Positions 1 through 9,477 of a DNA stretch of 64,000 nt are shown here, piece by piece. Below the pieces are notes generated by a model. It was not told the DNA's origin. It did not search any database and was given only the letters and a program-made list of their open reading frames with translations. The stretch is from Acidimicrobiia bacterium (GTDB taxonomy: Bacteria; Actinomycetota; Acidimicrobiia; Spongiisociales; ZC4RG35), in the NCBI GenBank assembly GCA_040510135.1, contig JBEVJN010000061.1, positions 18,469 to 82,468 of the forward strand, in the 5' to 3' direction. Positions within the stretch are counted from its first letter, which is position 1. The number at the start of each line of letters is the position of its first letter. The translations under genes were made by a program, and so were the position numbers.

Positions 1-1115
1 GCGCCCCGATCAACCCCAACACCGGCCAGTCGGTCGCCGGCCCGGTCACGCTGGCCGAGGACCAGCTCGAGGCGAACCGCAAGGAATCGTTCCCCGAGAT
101 CAAGAGCCATCCTCTCTTCGACGACTGGCATCGCGACCGCGCCGTCGATCTCTCCAGGGTCGAGGTCCCCTTCCTCACGGCGGCGAACTGGGGCGGCCAG
201 GGGATCCATCCCCGGGGCAACTTCAACGGCTTCGCCGACGGCGCTGCCGAGGCCAAGTGGCTCGAGGCGCACGGCGATACCCACTGGACTCATTTCTACT
301 CGTCATACGGACGCGAGCTGCAGAAGCGCTTCTTCGATCATTTCCTCAAAGATGAGGACAATGGCTTCGACCGCACCCCCCGGGTCCAGCTCAATATCCG
401 GCACCCCGGTGAGCGATTCGTCTGGCGGGGTGAGGACGAATGGCCGCTGGCCCGCACCCGCTGGACCCGATATCACCTGCATCCGGATCTCTCACTGGGG
501 CCTGATGCCGCGGCCCTCGGCGAGCTCGCCTATGAAGCTCTCGGCGACGGGCTCACCTTCATGACCATGCCATTTGCCGCGGAGACCGAGATCACCGGCC
601 CGCTGGCGGCCAAGCTGTTCGTGTCCTCGACCACCTCTGACGCCGATTTGTTCCTGATCGTCCAACTCTTCGACCCCGGCGGGAACGAGGTGACCTTCGA
701 GGGGTCGACCGACCCCAACACGCCGATCGCCAACGGGTGGCTTCGGGCCAGCCACCGCTCACTCGACCCGGGTCGATCCAAGCCCTGGCAACCATTCCAC
801 ACCCACGACCGGGTGGATCCTCTGGAGCCCGGGGAGGTCTACGAGCTCGACGTCGAAATCGTCCCGTCCTGCATCGTCGTCCCCGCGGGTTACCAGCTCG
901 GACTCTGGGTGCGCGGCAGGGACTACGAGTACCGGGGTCCGCTCGATGATTACGGTCAAAGCTTCTACTACGCCACCCGGGGAACGGGTGGGATGACCCA
1001 CGCCGACCTGGATGACCGCCCCCCGTCAGTGTTCGGAGGCATGGTGACGGTTCACCTGGGACCCGAGCACCCTTCCCATTTACTTCTGCCGATCATCCCC
1101 GAAAGAGAACATTGA
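1..1115 (+). CDS. CocE/NonD-family alpha/beta hydrolase (X-Pro dipeptidyl-peptidase-like), 5' end outside the window
   Basis: Frame 3 is open from the window edge to the stop at 1113-1115. The translation contains TAANWGGQGIHPRGNFNGF and a C-terminal beta-sandwich-like EITGPLAAKLFVSSTTSDADLFLIVQLFDPGGNEVTFEG, which I recognise as CocE/NonD family. Confidence 0.8.
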   Translation, partial: APINPNTGQSVAGPVTLAEDQLEANRKESFPEIKSHPLFDDWHRDRAVDLSRVEVPFLTAANWGGQGIHPRGNFNGFADGAAEAKWLEAHGDTHWTHFYSSYGRELQKRFFDHFLKDEDNGFDRTPRVQLNIRHPGERFVWRGEDEWPLARTRWTRYHLHPDLSLGPDAAALGELAYEALGDGLTFMTMPFAAETEITGPLAAKLFVSSTTSDADLFLIVQLFDPGGNEVTFEGSTDPNTPIANGWLRASHRSLDPGRSKPWQPFHTHDRVDPLEPGEVYELDVEIVPSCIVVPAGYQLGLWVRGRDYEYRGPLDDYGQSFYYATRGTGGMTHADLDDRPPSVFGGMVTVHLGPEHPSHLLLPIIPEREH

Positions 1116-1131
1116 GGAGGGAAGCCAGATC

Positions 1132-2730
1132 ATGACGACCACGGTTGACTTCGTCGTCGCCGGCGGCGGGCACAACAGCTTGATCACGGCCGCCTATTTG
1201 GCCCGGGCCGGGCATGAGGTGGTGGTGCTGGACGCCCGATCGGAGGTTGGAGGCGGCGCCGCCACCGAGGAGATTCTCACTCCGGGCTTCCTCTTCGATA
1301 CATGCTCGACCGGTCACACCCTGATCCAGGTCAACCCGTTGCTGTCCAAGGACGAGCTTGGCCTGGTGTCCGAGTTCGGCCTGACCTATGTGGAGCCTGA
1401 CCCGGTGGCCCACGTCGTCTTCCCCGATGGGGAGAGCTTCACCATGTGGCTCGACGTCGAGCGGACGATGGAGGAGATCCGCCGATTCTCCAGTGCGGAC
1501 GCGGCCTCCTATCGACGGATGCTCGACGAGTTCGATCAGGTGAAGGGGGTGTACAGCTCTTACCGCTTCACGCCGATCGGCTACGGGCCCTCGATCGATG
1601 ACGCCCTGGAGGGACACCCTGCCGGTGCGGTGTGGCGACGGCGCAACGTGATGTCGGCCTGGGATGTGATCCGTCGCGAGTTCGAGAGCCGTCACGTGCA
1701 GGCGTTCATGACCTGGATGGCGTTCCAGACCGCCCAACCCCTCGACTCGCCGGGTTCCGGCCTTCTCGCCTACTCCCTCGTCGGCGGTCGTCAGAGCCGG
1801 AGCTGGTCGGTGCCGCTCGGCGGGTCGGCGAGTCTTCCCCAAGCCCTGGCATCTGCTCTCGAGGCGTTTGGCGGCACGGTGGTGACCAACACCCTCGTCA
1901 CATCGCTCATCACCGAAGACGGGCGGTGTGTCGGGGTCGAGGCGGAAGATGGCAGCCAGTACCGAGCTCGGATCGGCGTGGTCTCCTCGATCCATGTCAA
2001 GACCCTGGTCGAAATGGCCCCGTCGGAGATGTGGGGTGACCAATTCCTCTACGGGGTCGACACCTATGACGAAGGGTTGTCCTCCTTCGCCTCCTACTAC
2101 GCCGCCACTGAGGCCCCCCAGTTTCGGTCGTCCGGCTCCGAGCCGGTGGCTGCGGTGTCGGCCGGTACTGCGCCGTGGCCGGAGGATGTGATCGAGTTCG
2201 GTCGCGGGCTGCGCGAGCGCCGCCTTCATCGCCCCGGCACCTTCCTCCTCTTCGCCACGCCGACCCTTGTCGACGAGACCCGTGCCCCCGACGGCGGGCA
2301 CACCATCAAGATCCTCAGCCTTGCCCCCTACGACTGCCCCGAGGATCTCGGCGAGTGGGACACCGGCAAGGACATCCTCGCCGCGGAGCATTTCGAGGCA
2401 CTGCGGGACTGCGCCCCGAACCTCACCGAGGAGAAAGTTCTTGCCTGGAAGGCGAAAAGCCCGGTCGACATCGAAAGGGGCAACCCTCATATGTGGCGAG
2501 GAACCATCCACGGCGGCGACCGTGGCCTCGCCTATGGCGGCCCACAGCGACCGGTTCCCGGATGGGCCTCCCATCGCATGCCCATCCCCGGTCTCTATCA
2601 GACGGGAGCCACCACCCACCCAGGTGGCTCGATCACCGGCGGGCCTGGGCGGAATGCCGCAATCGTCATCCTCGACGACCTGGGGATGAGCTTGGACAGC
2701 ATGGTGGCCAGAGAAGGAGGACGGTCATGA
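1132..2730 (+). CDS. FAD/NAD(P)-dependent oxidoreductase, phytoene-desaturase (CrtI)-like family
   Basis: 532-aa ORF with an N-terminal dinucleotide-binding motif DFVVAGGGHNSLITAAYLARAGHEVVVLDARSEVGGG and a C-terminal GGSITGGPGRNAA typical of the family. Confidence 0.85.
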   Translation: MTTTVDFVVAGGGHNSLITAAYLARAGHEVVVLDARSEVGGGAATEEILTPGFLFDTCSTGHTLIQVNPLLSKDELGLVSEFGLTYVEPDPVAHVVFPDGESFTMWLDVERTMEEIRRFSSADAASYRRMLDEFDQVKGVYSSYRFTPIGYGPSIDDALEGHPAGAVWRRRNVMSAWDVIRREFESRHVQAFMTWMAFQTAQPLDSPGSGLLAYSLVGGRQSRSWSVPLGGSASLPQALASALEAFGGTVVTNTLVTSLITEDGRCVGVEAEDGSQYRARIGVVSSIHVKTLVEMAPSEMWGDQFLYGVDTYDEGLSSFASYYAATEAPQFRSSGSEPVAAVSAGTAPWPEDVIEFGRGLRERRLHRPGTFLLFATPTLVDETRAPDGGHTIKILSLAPYDCPEDLGEWDTGKDILAAEHFEALRDCAPNLTEEKVLAWKAKSPVDIERGNPHMWRGTIHGGDRGLAYGGPQRPVPGWASHRMPIPGLYQTGATTHPGGSITGGPGRNAAIVILDDLGMSLDSMVAREGGRS

Positions 2731-3866
2731 CCACCCAGATCGATCTCGGGTTCGCCCCGAACGAAGACCCGTTTGTGGTTGCCCACGGCGGGTTCTATCG
2801 GCGCTGGCTTTCGATGCTCGACGACGTCGAAGAGCTGAAGGAGCTGGTGACCAGGGTGGAGGGGACCACCGAGGACAAATGGGTGCCGCTCTGGGCGGAA
2901 GTGGCGCGTCGTTACGAGGACGAGGGAGATCGGCACGAGGAAGCGAGCAATTTCGACGGGGCGAGGCGGGCCTACCTCCAGGCCAAGACCTACTACGCCA
3001 TCGGGCGATTCCCTGGCGAGATCAGCGAGGTGAAGACGAGCATCAGCCAGGATTGCGCCCGGGCCTATCTGAAAGCTTGTGCTCATCTCGACCCGCCCAT
3101 GGAGGTGGTCGATTTCGAGCATGACGGGCTGAAGGTCCGGGCTCATTTCCGCGCACCGGTGGCGGACACCCCGGTGCCTGCCGTTCTCATCATGTGTGGT
3201 GCCGACGTGTTCAAAGAAGACCGGGGGTGGGCCCAGGACCTATGCATGGAGAACGGCATGGCCTCGCTGGTGATGGACGGGCCTGACACGGGCGAGAACC
3301 CATTCCCGTGGGCACCGGAGTCGGTATCGGCATGGGAGGCTGCCGTCGACTACCTCGCTTCCCGAGCCGATGTCGATGGCGGGCGGATCGGCGCCTTCGG
3401 GATCAGCCGGGGTGGATACTCGGTGATGCAGCTCGCCGGCACTGCGCCGGACAAGCTGGGTGCGGTGGTGGCGAACGCCGGCCACCCGTTCGGATATGTC
3501 ATGCCCGACGACGAGCTCGAGGAGTTCGTAAGGGTCCGTAACGAGCGCGCCACCTGGCGATTCGGCGCCCCGGACGACCCGCCTTCGTTCCCACCCACCA
3601 CGGTGGAGAAGGAACGTTCGGACTTCAAGCGCTGGGCGCTCTCAGAGCAGGGGATCCTCGAGAACATCACCATGCCGGTGCTCATGATCAACGGCAAGCT
3701 CGACCATCTTGCCCCGATCGGGAACATCTATTTCATGCTGGAGACCGGGCCCGCGACCGGCAAGGAAGCGCGCGTCTACGCCGACGCCGGCCATTGCGCC
3801 TTCAAGTACCAGTCGCACTGGGCGCCCGCGACGTTCCAATGGCTGGCGGAGAAGCTGAACCGGTAA
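2727..3866 (+). CDS. alpha/beta hydrolase (FrsA/DUF1100-like esterase)
   Basis: The ATG at 2727 overlaps the previous stop (ATGA). GISRGG nucleophile elbow and a late DAGHCAF histidine motif. The upstream part of the 2175-3866 ORF is Arg/Pro-rich non-coding-like sequence. Confidence 0.8.
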   Translation: MTTQIDLGFAPNEDPFVVAHGGFYRRWLSMLDDVEELKELVTRVEGTTEDKWVPLWAEVARRYEDEGDRHEEASNFDGARRAYLQAKTYYAIGRFPGEISEVKTSISQDCARAYLKACAHLDPPMEVVDFEHDGLKVRAHFRAPVADTPVPAVLIMCGADVFKEDRGWAQDLCMENGMASLVMDGPDTGENPFPWAPESVSAWEAAVDYLASRADVDGGRIGAFGISRGGYSVMQLAGTAPDKLGAVVANAGHPFGYVMPDDELEEFVRVRNERATWRFGAPDDPPSFPPTTVEKERSDFKRWALSEQGILENITMPVLMINGKLDHLAPIGNIYFMLETGPATGKEARVYADAGHCAFKYQSHWAPATFQWLAEKLNR

Positions 3867-3887
3867 GGGCTCTGTCGGCCTGGGCGC

Positions 3888-5072
3888 TCAGCCGATTCGC
3901 CTCAAGCCCCTGGGTACCTCGTGCAAGGGCCGGTGCCCGTCGCCGGAGACGACCACCAGGTGCCCGGTCTGGACGCCCGCCCTCTCGTCGGTGGTTATCA
4001 CATTGGGCTGGATCACCAGCGCCATCCCCTCTTCCAGCACCATGTCTGGGGTGGGGAGGTTGGGCCGGCTCTTGCTTCCCAGGACCGGGGGCAGGTAGCC
4101 GCCGCCGTAGCCGTGAACAAGGTCGTCGTAGGTGGTGAAGCCCATCTCTTCGATCACCGAAGATGCCTCGACCAGTTCGTTGACGTGGATTCCAGGGCGC
4201 GTGACGGCCAAGATCGCATCGAAGGCAGCGTCGGCGGCACGGTGCAGGTCGGCGTAGAGCGGTGTCGGGTCGGCCGCGACCGTGAAGCTCCTCAGCAATT
4301 GGCCGGCGTAACCCCAATACGCGGCACTGATCTCACAGAACAGGACGTCGCCTGCTTGTAGTCGACGAGTCGAATGGAACTGCGAGGGAACGCAGATGCT
4401 CGGATCGGCCATGGAGGTGGCCGCGAAATAGTGAATGTGGTTGGTCCCGCCCTCGGCGAGATAGGCCGATTCGATGATCGCGGCGAGCTGGCGTTCGTCT
4501 ACGCCCACCCCGGCTTCGGCCGCGATCGCCTCCACCGCCCGGTCGGAGAGGCGCGCCGCCACCTCGAGACGCTCGATTTCCTCCGGTGACTTGACCAGGC
4601 GGAGCTGCTGATATTCACGGTCGAGAGACACCAGGTCGCCGACCGATCCGGCGAGGTCCCTATGGTCCTGAAACCGGAGCGGCCCCATTACCCCCACCCG
4701 TTGCCCGTCGGTCAGACGCGCATCGAGTATCTCCCCGACCCGCGTCATCGTGGATGGGCCACCCCATTCGACATCGCAATCCGAGGCGATCCGGCGCGCG
4801 TTGGGGAGGTGGTTGTAATGCTGAACCAACAGGCGGAGCGGCTCACCGGGACTGAGGACCAGGGCGGCCTCGCGGGTGACCGGCCATTCCGAGAGCCATT
4901 GCACCGCAGAGCCCGTCCGCTCCGATCCATAGGTGACCAGATGCGCCACCCCGGCCCCCTCCATGACCTCGAGCATTGCTCTCCGCCTCGTTTGAAGCTC
5001 CCCCTCTGAGAACCTGGGAAAGGGTTCGGTGCTGGCCGCCCCGGCGCTCGCGTCCATCATCGGCTCATCCAT
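3888..5072 (-). CDS. M24-family metallopeptidase (Xaa-Pro aminopeptidase/creatinase-like)
   Basis: 394-aa ORF. It has a creatinase-type N-domain followed by a pita-bread-like C-domain (LRLVKSPEEIERLEVAARLSDRAVEA ... HGYGGGYLPPVLG ... MALVIQPN). Confidence 0.85.
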   Translation of the reverse strand: MDEPMMDASAGAASTEPFPRFSEGELQTRRRAMLEVMEGAGVAHLVTYGSERTGSAVQWLSEWPVTREAALVLSPGEPLRLLVQHYNHLPNARRIASDCDVEWGGPSTMTRVGEILDARLTDGQRVGVMGPLRFQDHRDLAGSVGDLVSLDREYQQLRLVKSPEEIERLEVAARLSDRAVEAIAAEAGVGVDERQLAAIIESAYLAEGGTNHIHYFAATSMADPSICVPSQFHSTRRLQAGDVLFCEISAAYWGYAGQLLRSFTVAADPTPLYADLHRAADAAFDAILAVTRPGIHVNELVEASSVIEEMGFTTYDDLVHGYGGGYLPPVLGSKSRPNLPTPDMVLEEGMALVIQPNVITTDERAGVQTGHLVVVSGDGHRPLHEVPRGLRRIG

Positions 5073-6301
5073 TCCAAGGTCGGCACGTCACCTGGGCGAA
5101 GGCCGAGATCGGCTGGATCGTCGTGGCCATGACAGGCGACGCCATGTTCGACGTCGTGGCGGAGGAAGCGGGGGTCGACAGTACGGCAAATCTCCAACGC
5201 ATAAGGGCAGCGGGTGTGGAACCGGCAGGACGGTTGCGGGTCGATGAGCTCGGGGACGATGCCTTCGATGGCGGCCAGTTGGCCCCGCTTGCTCATCGAC
5301 GAGGGAATCGCGGACATCAGACTTCGCGTGTATGGATGGAGGGGCTGTCGGAACAAGTCGTCGGTTCGGCCGATCTCGGCGATTTTCCCGGCGTACATCA
5401 CCGCGACACGGTCGCTGATCTCGCGCACCAGCGAGAGGTCGTGGCTGATGTAGAGCACGGATGTGCCAAGCCGCTGTTGCAGCTCCGCGATCAGGTTCAG
5501 GATCCGCGCCTGGATGGTCACATCGAGAGCGGTGGTCGGCTCGTCGGCTATGAGAAGGTCGGGATTGCACGCGAGCGCCTGGGCGATCAGGACCCGCTGT
5601 TTCATCCCGCCCGAAAGCTCATGCGGATAGCTGGCCAGGATCTTGCGCGGGTTGGCGATCTGAGTCTCGGCCAGTGCCGCGGCCGCCAGCTCGTCGACCT
5701 CCGCCCTCATCTTCGCCGCCTTCGACCGCAGCGGGGGGAGCTTCAGCACGATTCGCTCCAACACGCCGGACTCCTGTCGGGCGGCGCGACGGATGATCAC
5801 CGGTGCGTCGGGCCCGAGCGGTCCGAGGAGGTCACTGCTTCGGTGCTGGAAGAACACCTCGGCAAGCTGATCGCCGATTGAGAGCGCGGGGTTCAAGGCC
5901 TTGCTCGGATCCTGGAAGATCATTGCGATGCGATTGCCACGGATCTCGAGCATCTCGTCATCGGCGATCGTGAGCAGGTTCACCGGCCCTCCGCCTCCGG
6001 CCTGAGCCTCGCTGGGCCAGAAGTCGATCCTGCCGCCGGCATAGACGCCGGGTGGGCTCGCCACCAGACGAATGAACGAGCGCGCCGTCACGCTCTTTCC
6101 GCATCCGGTCTCACCCACCAAGCCCAGCGTCTCCCCGTGCCCGATGTCGAAGGAGATGCCGTCGACGGCATGCACCAATCCGGCCTTGGTCTTGAAGTGG
6201 ACGCTGAGGTCCTGCACCGACGCCACCAGCCCTCCGGTTGCCCGTGCAGCAGAGATGCCGGTCGGTGCCGTCGAGGTCACCTGAATTAGATCCTGCTTCA
6301 T
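5057..6301 (-). CDS. ABC transporter ATP-binding protein, oligopeptide/dipeptide (OppD/DppD) type
   Basis: Walker A GETGCGKS, signature LSGGMKQR, Walker [13 protein letters not shown], and the Opp/Dpp C-terminal extension [12 protein letters not shown]...[10 protein letters not shown]. It overlaps the downstream M24 gene by 16 nt. Confidence 0.9.
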   Translation of the reverse strand: MKQDLIQVTSTAPTGISAARATGGLVASVQDLSVHFKTKAGLVHAVDGISFDIGHGETLGLVGETGCGKSVTARSFIRLVASPPGVYAGGRIDFWPSEAQAGGGGPVNLLTIADDEMLEIRGNRIAMIFQDPSKALNPALSIGDQLAEVFFQHRSSDLLGPLGPDAPVIIRRAARQESGVLERIVLKLPPLRSKAAKMRAEVDELAAAALAETQIANPRKILASYPHELSGGMKQRVLIAQALACNPDLLIADEPTTALDVTIQARILNLIAELQQRLGTSVLYISHDLSLVREISDRVAVMYAGKIAEIGRTDDLFRQPLHPYTRSLMSAIPSSMSKRGQLAAIEGIVPELIDPQPSCRFHTRCPYALEICRTVDPRFLRHDVEHGVACHGHDDPADLGLRPGDVPTLEWMSR

Positions 6302-6414
6302 TTGGACGATCTGTCCTCGGGCAGGCAGCTAGCAAACGATTGTGGCCAATCGATTGTCGCGGTGGACAGTAGCCAATACGATCGCCACCGAGCAACACTT
6401 CCAGGAGGTTCGAA

Positions 6415-7260
6415 ATGGGCCGTTATGCGATCAAGACACCTACTCATCACACCACGTGGGACAAGATGCTCGACGTGTGGAAAGCGGCTGACGCCAGCGA
6501 GGTGTTCGAGTCGGCCTGGAATTTCGACCACTTCTACCCGATTCGGGGCGACACCGACGGTTCCTGCCTCGAAGCATGGGTGACACTCTCCGCACTCGCC
6601 CAAGCCACTACGCGTATCCAGCTGGGGACGATGGTTTGCGGGATGCACTTCCGTCACCCTGCGGTGACGGCTTCGATGGCCTCCTCGCTGGACATCGTCT
6701 CCAATGGGCGTTTCCAGCTCGGGTTGGGGGCCGGCTGGTACCCCCTCGAGGCCGATGCCTACGGGATGGACCTGGGGACGGTCGACCAGCGCATGACTCG
6801 CTTCGAGGAGGGCACGGAAGTGATCCATCTGCTCCTCACCGAGGAGACCACCGATTTCGAGGGCAGGTTCTACTCGCTACATGGTGCTCGAAACGAGCCG
6901 AAGCCCGTGCAGAAGCCGAGGCCACCGATCGTGATCGGAGGACGAGGTGAGAGACGAACCCTTCGGCTGGTCGCCCGATTCGCCTCGATGTGGGACGCCC
7001 AGTTCGCCGAAACTGAGCTGGATGAATGGCAGCGGCTGAGAGAAGTTCTACGGGCCCACTGCGCCGATGTGGGACGGGACCCATCGGAGATCACCCTGTC
7101 CTCCCATCTGCAGATCGACCCGGAGCCCGATCCTGCCGAGGTGGCCGAACGCGCCGGCAACCTGTTCGACGCCGGTCTCGACGTGGTGATCGTGGGTCTC
7201 ACCGCCCAACACGACGCCTCCACGGTGGAGAAACTGGCGGCCGGCTTCGAACGCTCCTGA
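6415..7260 (+). CDS. LLM-class (luciferase-like) flavin/F420-dependent oxidoreductase
   Basis: 281-aa ORF with FDHFYP...GTMVCGMHFRHPAVTASMASSLDIVSNGRFQLGLGAGW, typical of the luciferase-like monooxygenase fold. GGAGG lies upstream of the ATG. Confidence 0.85.
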   Translation: MGRYAIKTPTHHTTWDKMLDVWKAADASEVFESAWNFDHFYPIRGDTDGSCLEAWVTLSALAQATTRIQLGTMVCGMHFRHPAVTASMASSLDIVSNGRFQLGLGAGWYPLEADAYGMDLGTVDQRMTRFEEGTEVIHLLLTEETTDFEGRFYSLHGARNEPKPVQKPRPPIVIGGRGERRTLRLVARFASMWDAQFAETELDEWQRLREVLRAHCADVGRDPSEITLSSHLQIDPEPDPAEVAERAGNLFDAGLDVVIVGLTAQHDASTVEKLAAGFERS

Positions 7261-7343
7261 TATTTGGGCAGACGCGGAATCAGCCGATCGGTTGACCCGT
7301 CTCCACCCATGAGGTCATCGGGGGAGTTCGGGGGAACTCCCCG

Positions 7344-8201
7344 ATGGTCGGACGGACGGGCTCGCGTCATGCTCGGGGGGTGGATCTGGTCGACCCCACC
7401 CTCATCGATCGCGCCCCTGATCGTGCCCCAGGGCGACGCCGCGGTCGGCTGCTTCTCTGGATGGCGGTGGGCCTGGCCGCGGTCGGGGCGATGCTGTCGG
7501 TCGGAGACGACATCGAGGGTTGGTGGGCTGGCCTTCGCGTGACCCTGGCCACTCCAGACTCATTCAGGGCATGGGTCGAGGGTCTGGGCGCGTGGGGCCC
7601 GATCGGGTATCTCCTCGCCCAGGCGGCGCAGGTCGTGGTGGTCCCCATACCGGGCACCCTCTTCCCGCCGGTCGGTGCACTCGCTTTCGGCCCTTGGCCG
7701 GCAATCGGGCTGAGTCTGGCCGGGCTGGCGCTGGGATCCGCCCTGGTGTTCCTGATAGCCCGCAGGTGGGGCAGACCACTTGCGGTTCGCTGGATCGGCG
7801 CCGACCGCATTCAGCGATATGAGAGCCTGATGACAGCTCGAGGGGGCCTGCTGATCTGGCTCGTTTTCCTCCTCCCCCTCCTCCCCGACGACGCGGTCTG
7901 CGCCCTTGCCGGGTTGTCGGGCATTGGATTCGGTCGCTTCATGCTCATTGCGACCGTAGGTCGAATCCCGGCAGTTGCTGCCGGGGTGTTCACCATGGCC
8001 GGGCTAGAAGGCGCCCCGGCCCGGGTGTGGGCGATGGCCGCCGGCGGCTTGGCCGTCGTGTTGTGGGCTGGGGTGCGGTTCGGCCCGGCACTGGAGCGGC
8101 GGCTGCTTCACACGCTGGGTCGGGCTTCCACCCGGAACCCGGTTGGCTCGGTCAACCCACCCGGCTCAGGATCAGCTCCACCGGCTCGGCGCGATCCGTG
8201 A
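7344..8201 (+). CDS. TVP38/TMEM64 (DedA-related, SNARE-associated) membrane protein
   Basis: Multi-TM ORF with LFPPVGALAFGPW and LLPDDAVCALAGLSGIGFGRFM motifs. The start is uncertain: the ATG at 7344 sits inside a hairpin and a GTG lies at 7381. The low-complexity tail overlaps the convergent gene. Confidence 0.75.
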   Translation: MVGRTGSRHARGVDLVDPTLIDRAPDRAPGRRRGRLLLWMAVGLAAVGAMLSVGDDIEGWWAGLRVTLATPDSFRAWVEGLGAWGPIGYLLAQAAQVVVVPIPGTLFPPVGALAFGPWPAIGLSLAGLALGSALVFLIARRWGRPLAVRWIGADRIQRYESLMTARGGLLIWLVFLLPLLPDDAVCALAGLSGIGFGRFMLIATVGRIPAVAAGVFTMAGLEGAPARVWAMAAGGLAVVLWAGVRFGPALERRLLHTLGRASTRNPVGSVNPPGSGSAPPARRDP

Positions 8202-8802
8202 CGACCTCCGGGGTGTCGGTGGTCCAGAGCAAATCACCCTCGGCGGACAAGATGCGCCCTCTGACTGCGAGCATGTCTGGCCCGTCGATGTCTTCGGTGC
8301 TGTCCAGGGAGAACGGAAAGGGTGGCCCCGTCGTATCGGCGATCACCTGGGAAGCAATCGGCTCGACGGCTATCTCGGCGAGAGAGATGTCGATCAGTTC
8401 GACTATCACGACGCTGTCCGGCGGCAGCATGATCCGCTCCCGGTAGTTGACGGTCCCTTGAACCGAGACCCCCGGGGCACAGGTCAGCACCATTGTCCGT
8501 TCGCTCTCTCCCAGTCTCAGGACTTCACCATCCCGGGTGATCTGGTGCTCACCCTCGAGACCTGAGTTGAATCGATCCTCCAGGGCCATCATCTCGGGCG
8601 GCCCCGCCATCCGGGTCGAGGCGACCGGCCCCACCTCGAGGACGTCACCTTCGATGCTGAACGAGCCGGTGAATCGGTTGACACCGACACGCCCCGTCAC
8701 CCGTCCGCCCTCGAATCGAACTGAGCGTGGGGCTCCGGGATCGACCAGCTCGCCACCGATTTCCACGACCAGCCAATCGCCTTCCAACAGTTGCTCCGTC
8801 AT
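8152..8802 (-). CDS. META (HslJ-like) domain plus YbaY-like domain protein
   Basis: The internal ATG at 8802 (MTEQLLEGDW) avoids overlap with the divergent gene at 8849. META-like VRFEGGRVTGRVGVNRFTGSFSIEGDVLEVGPVASTRMAGPPEMM is followed by YbaY-like GTVNYRERIMLPPDSVVIVELIDISLA. Confidence 0.65.
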   Translation of the reverse strand: MTEQLLEGDWLVVEIGGELVDPGAPRSVRFEGGRVTGRVGVNRFTGSFSIEGDVLEVGPVASTRMAGPPEMMALEDRFNSGLEGEHQITRDGEVLRLGESERTMVLTCAPGVSVQGTVNYRERIMLPPDSVVIVELIDISLAEIAVEPIASQVIADTTGPPFPFSLDSTEDIDGPDMLAVRGRILSAEGDLLWTTDTPEVVTDRAEPVELILSRVG

Positions 8803-8848
8803 CGGCTTCAAGCCTACGGAAGCGGTGTCTCGGTAGCCTCGACTCTCG

Positions 8849-9451
8849 ATGGCGATCATCTCACGTGGATTCAAGGGGCGGCGACCCGAGGTGGACCCGA
8901 GCCGAGTACCCCCGGGCCAGTACGTGACCCAGGACTTCCCGGTGCTGTCCGCCGGGCCCACTCCCCGCGTCCCTCTTGACCGGTGGACGTTCGAGGTCAC
9001 CGGATTGATCGATCAGCCCCGATCCTGGACCTGGGAGGAATTCAATGCCCTGCCCTCGGAAACGGTGACCCTCGACATCCACTGTGTCACCAAGTGGTCC
9101 AAGCTGGACACCACGTGGACCGGTGTGTCGGTCGACGTCCTGCTGGAGGGCATGGAGACAGAGGCGACGCATGTGATGGCCTCCAGTTACGACGGATACA
9201 CGACCAATCTTCCACTGGCCGACGTGATCGGGGGCCGGGCTTGGGTCGCAACCGGTTTCGGCGAGGAGCCACTCCACCCCGAGCACGGTGGGCCTGCCCG
9301 CCTTCTCGTGCCGCATCTCTATTTCTGGAAGAGTGCCAAGTGGGTCCGGGGCCTCGAGCTGCTGGCGGCGGACAGGCGAGGCTTCTGGGAACGGAACGGA
9401 TACCACGACTACGGGGACCCGTGGCGGGAACAGCGGTACTGGGGCGATTGA
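8849..9451 (+). CDS. sulfite-oxidase-like molybdopterin-dependent oxidoreductase (small, single-domain)
   Basis: 200-aa ORF with LDIHCVTKWSKLDTTWTGV...HGGPARLLVPHLYFWKSAKWVRGLEL, typical of the oxidoreductase molybdopterin-binding domain. Confidence 0.85.
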   Translation: MAIISRGFKGRRPEVDPSRVPPGQYVTQDFPVLSAGPTPRVPLDRWTFEVTGLIDQPRSWTWEEFNALPSETVTLDIHCVTKWSKLDTTWTGVSVDVLLEGMETEATHVMASSYDGYTTNLPLADVIGGRAWVATGFGEEPLHPEHGGPARLLVPHLYFWKSAKWVRGLELLAADRRGFWERNGYHDYGDPWREQRYWGD

Positions 9452-9477
9452 GCCAGGCTCCAGTGACCTCGGTCCGG

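Noticed and set aside
1093-2619. Long antisense ORFs of 400-720 aa. Examples: 1093-2619 (-), 13669-15309 (-), 17095-18549 (+), 18300-19850 (+), 39724-41886 (-), 26332-27837 (+), the N-terminal part of 50873-52795 (+), 29570-30718 (-) and 47614-48828 (-).
   Set aside because: They lie opposite or out of frame to ORFs with clear family motifs. Their translations are Arg/Gly/Pro/His-rich low-complexity strings with no recognisable motifs, which is typical of stop-codon-poor shadow frames in high-GC DNA.
7316-7346. 12-bp hairpin with one bulge (CATCGGGGGAGTT / AACTCCCCGATG) after the LLM gene.
   Set aside because: No U-tract follows, and it includes the ATG at 7344 of the next gene. It could be a weak terminator or translation-modulating structure, but the evidence is too thin to call a feature.
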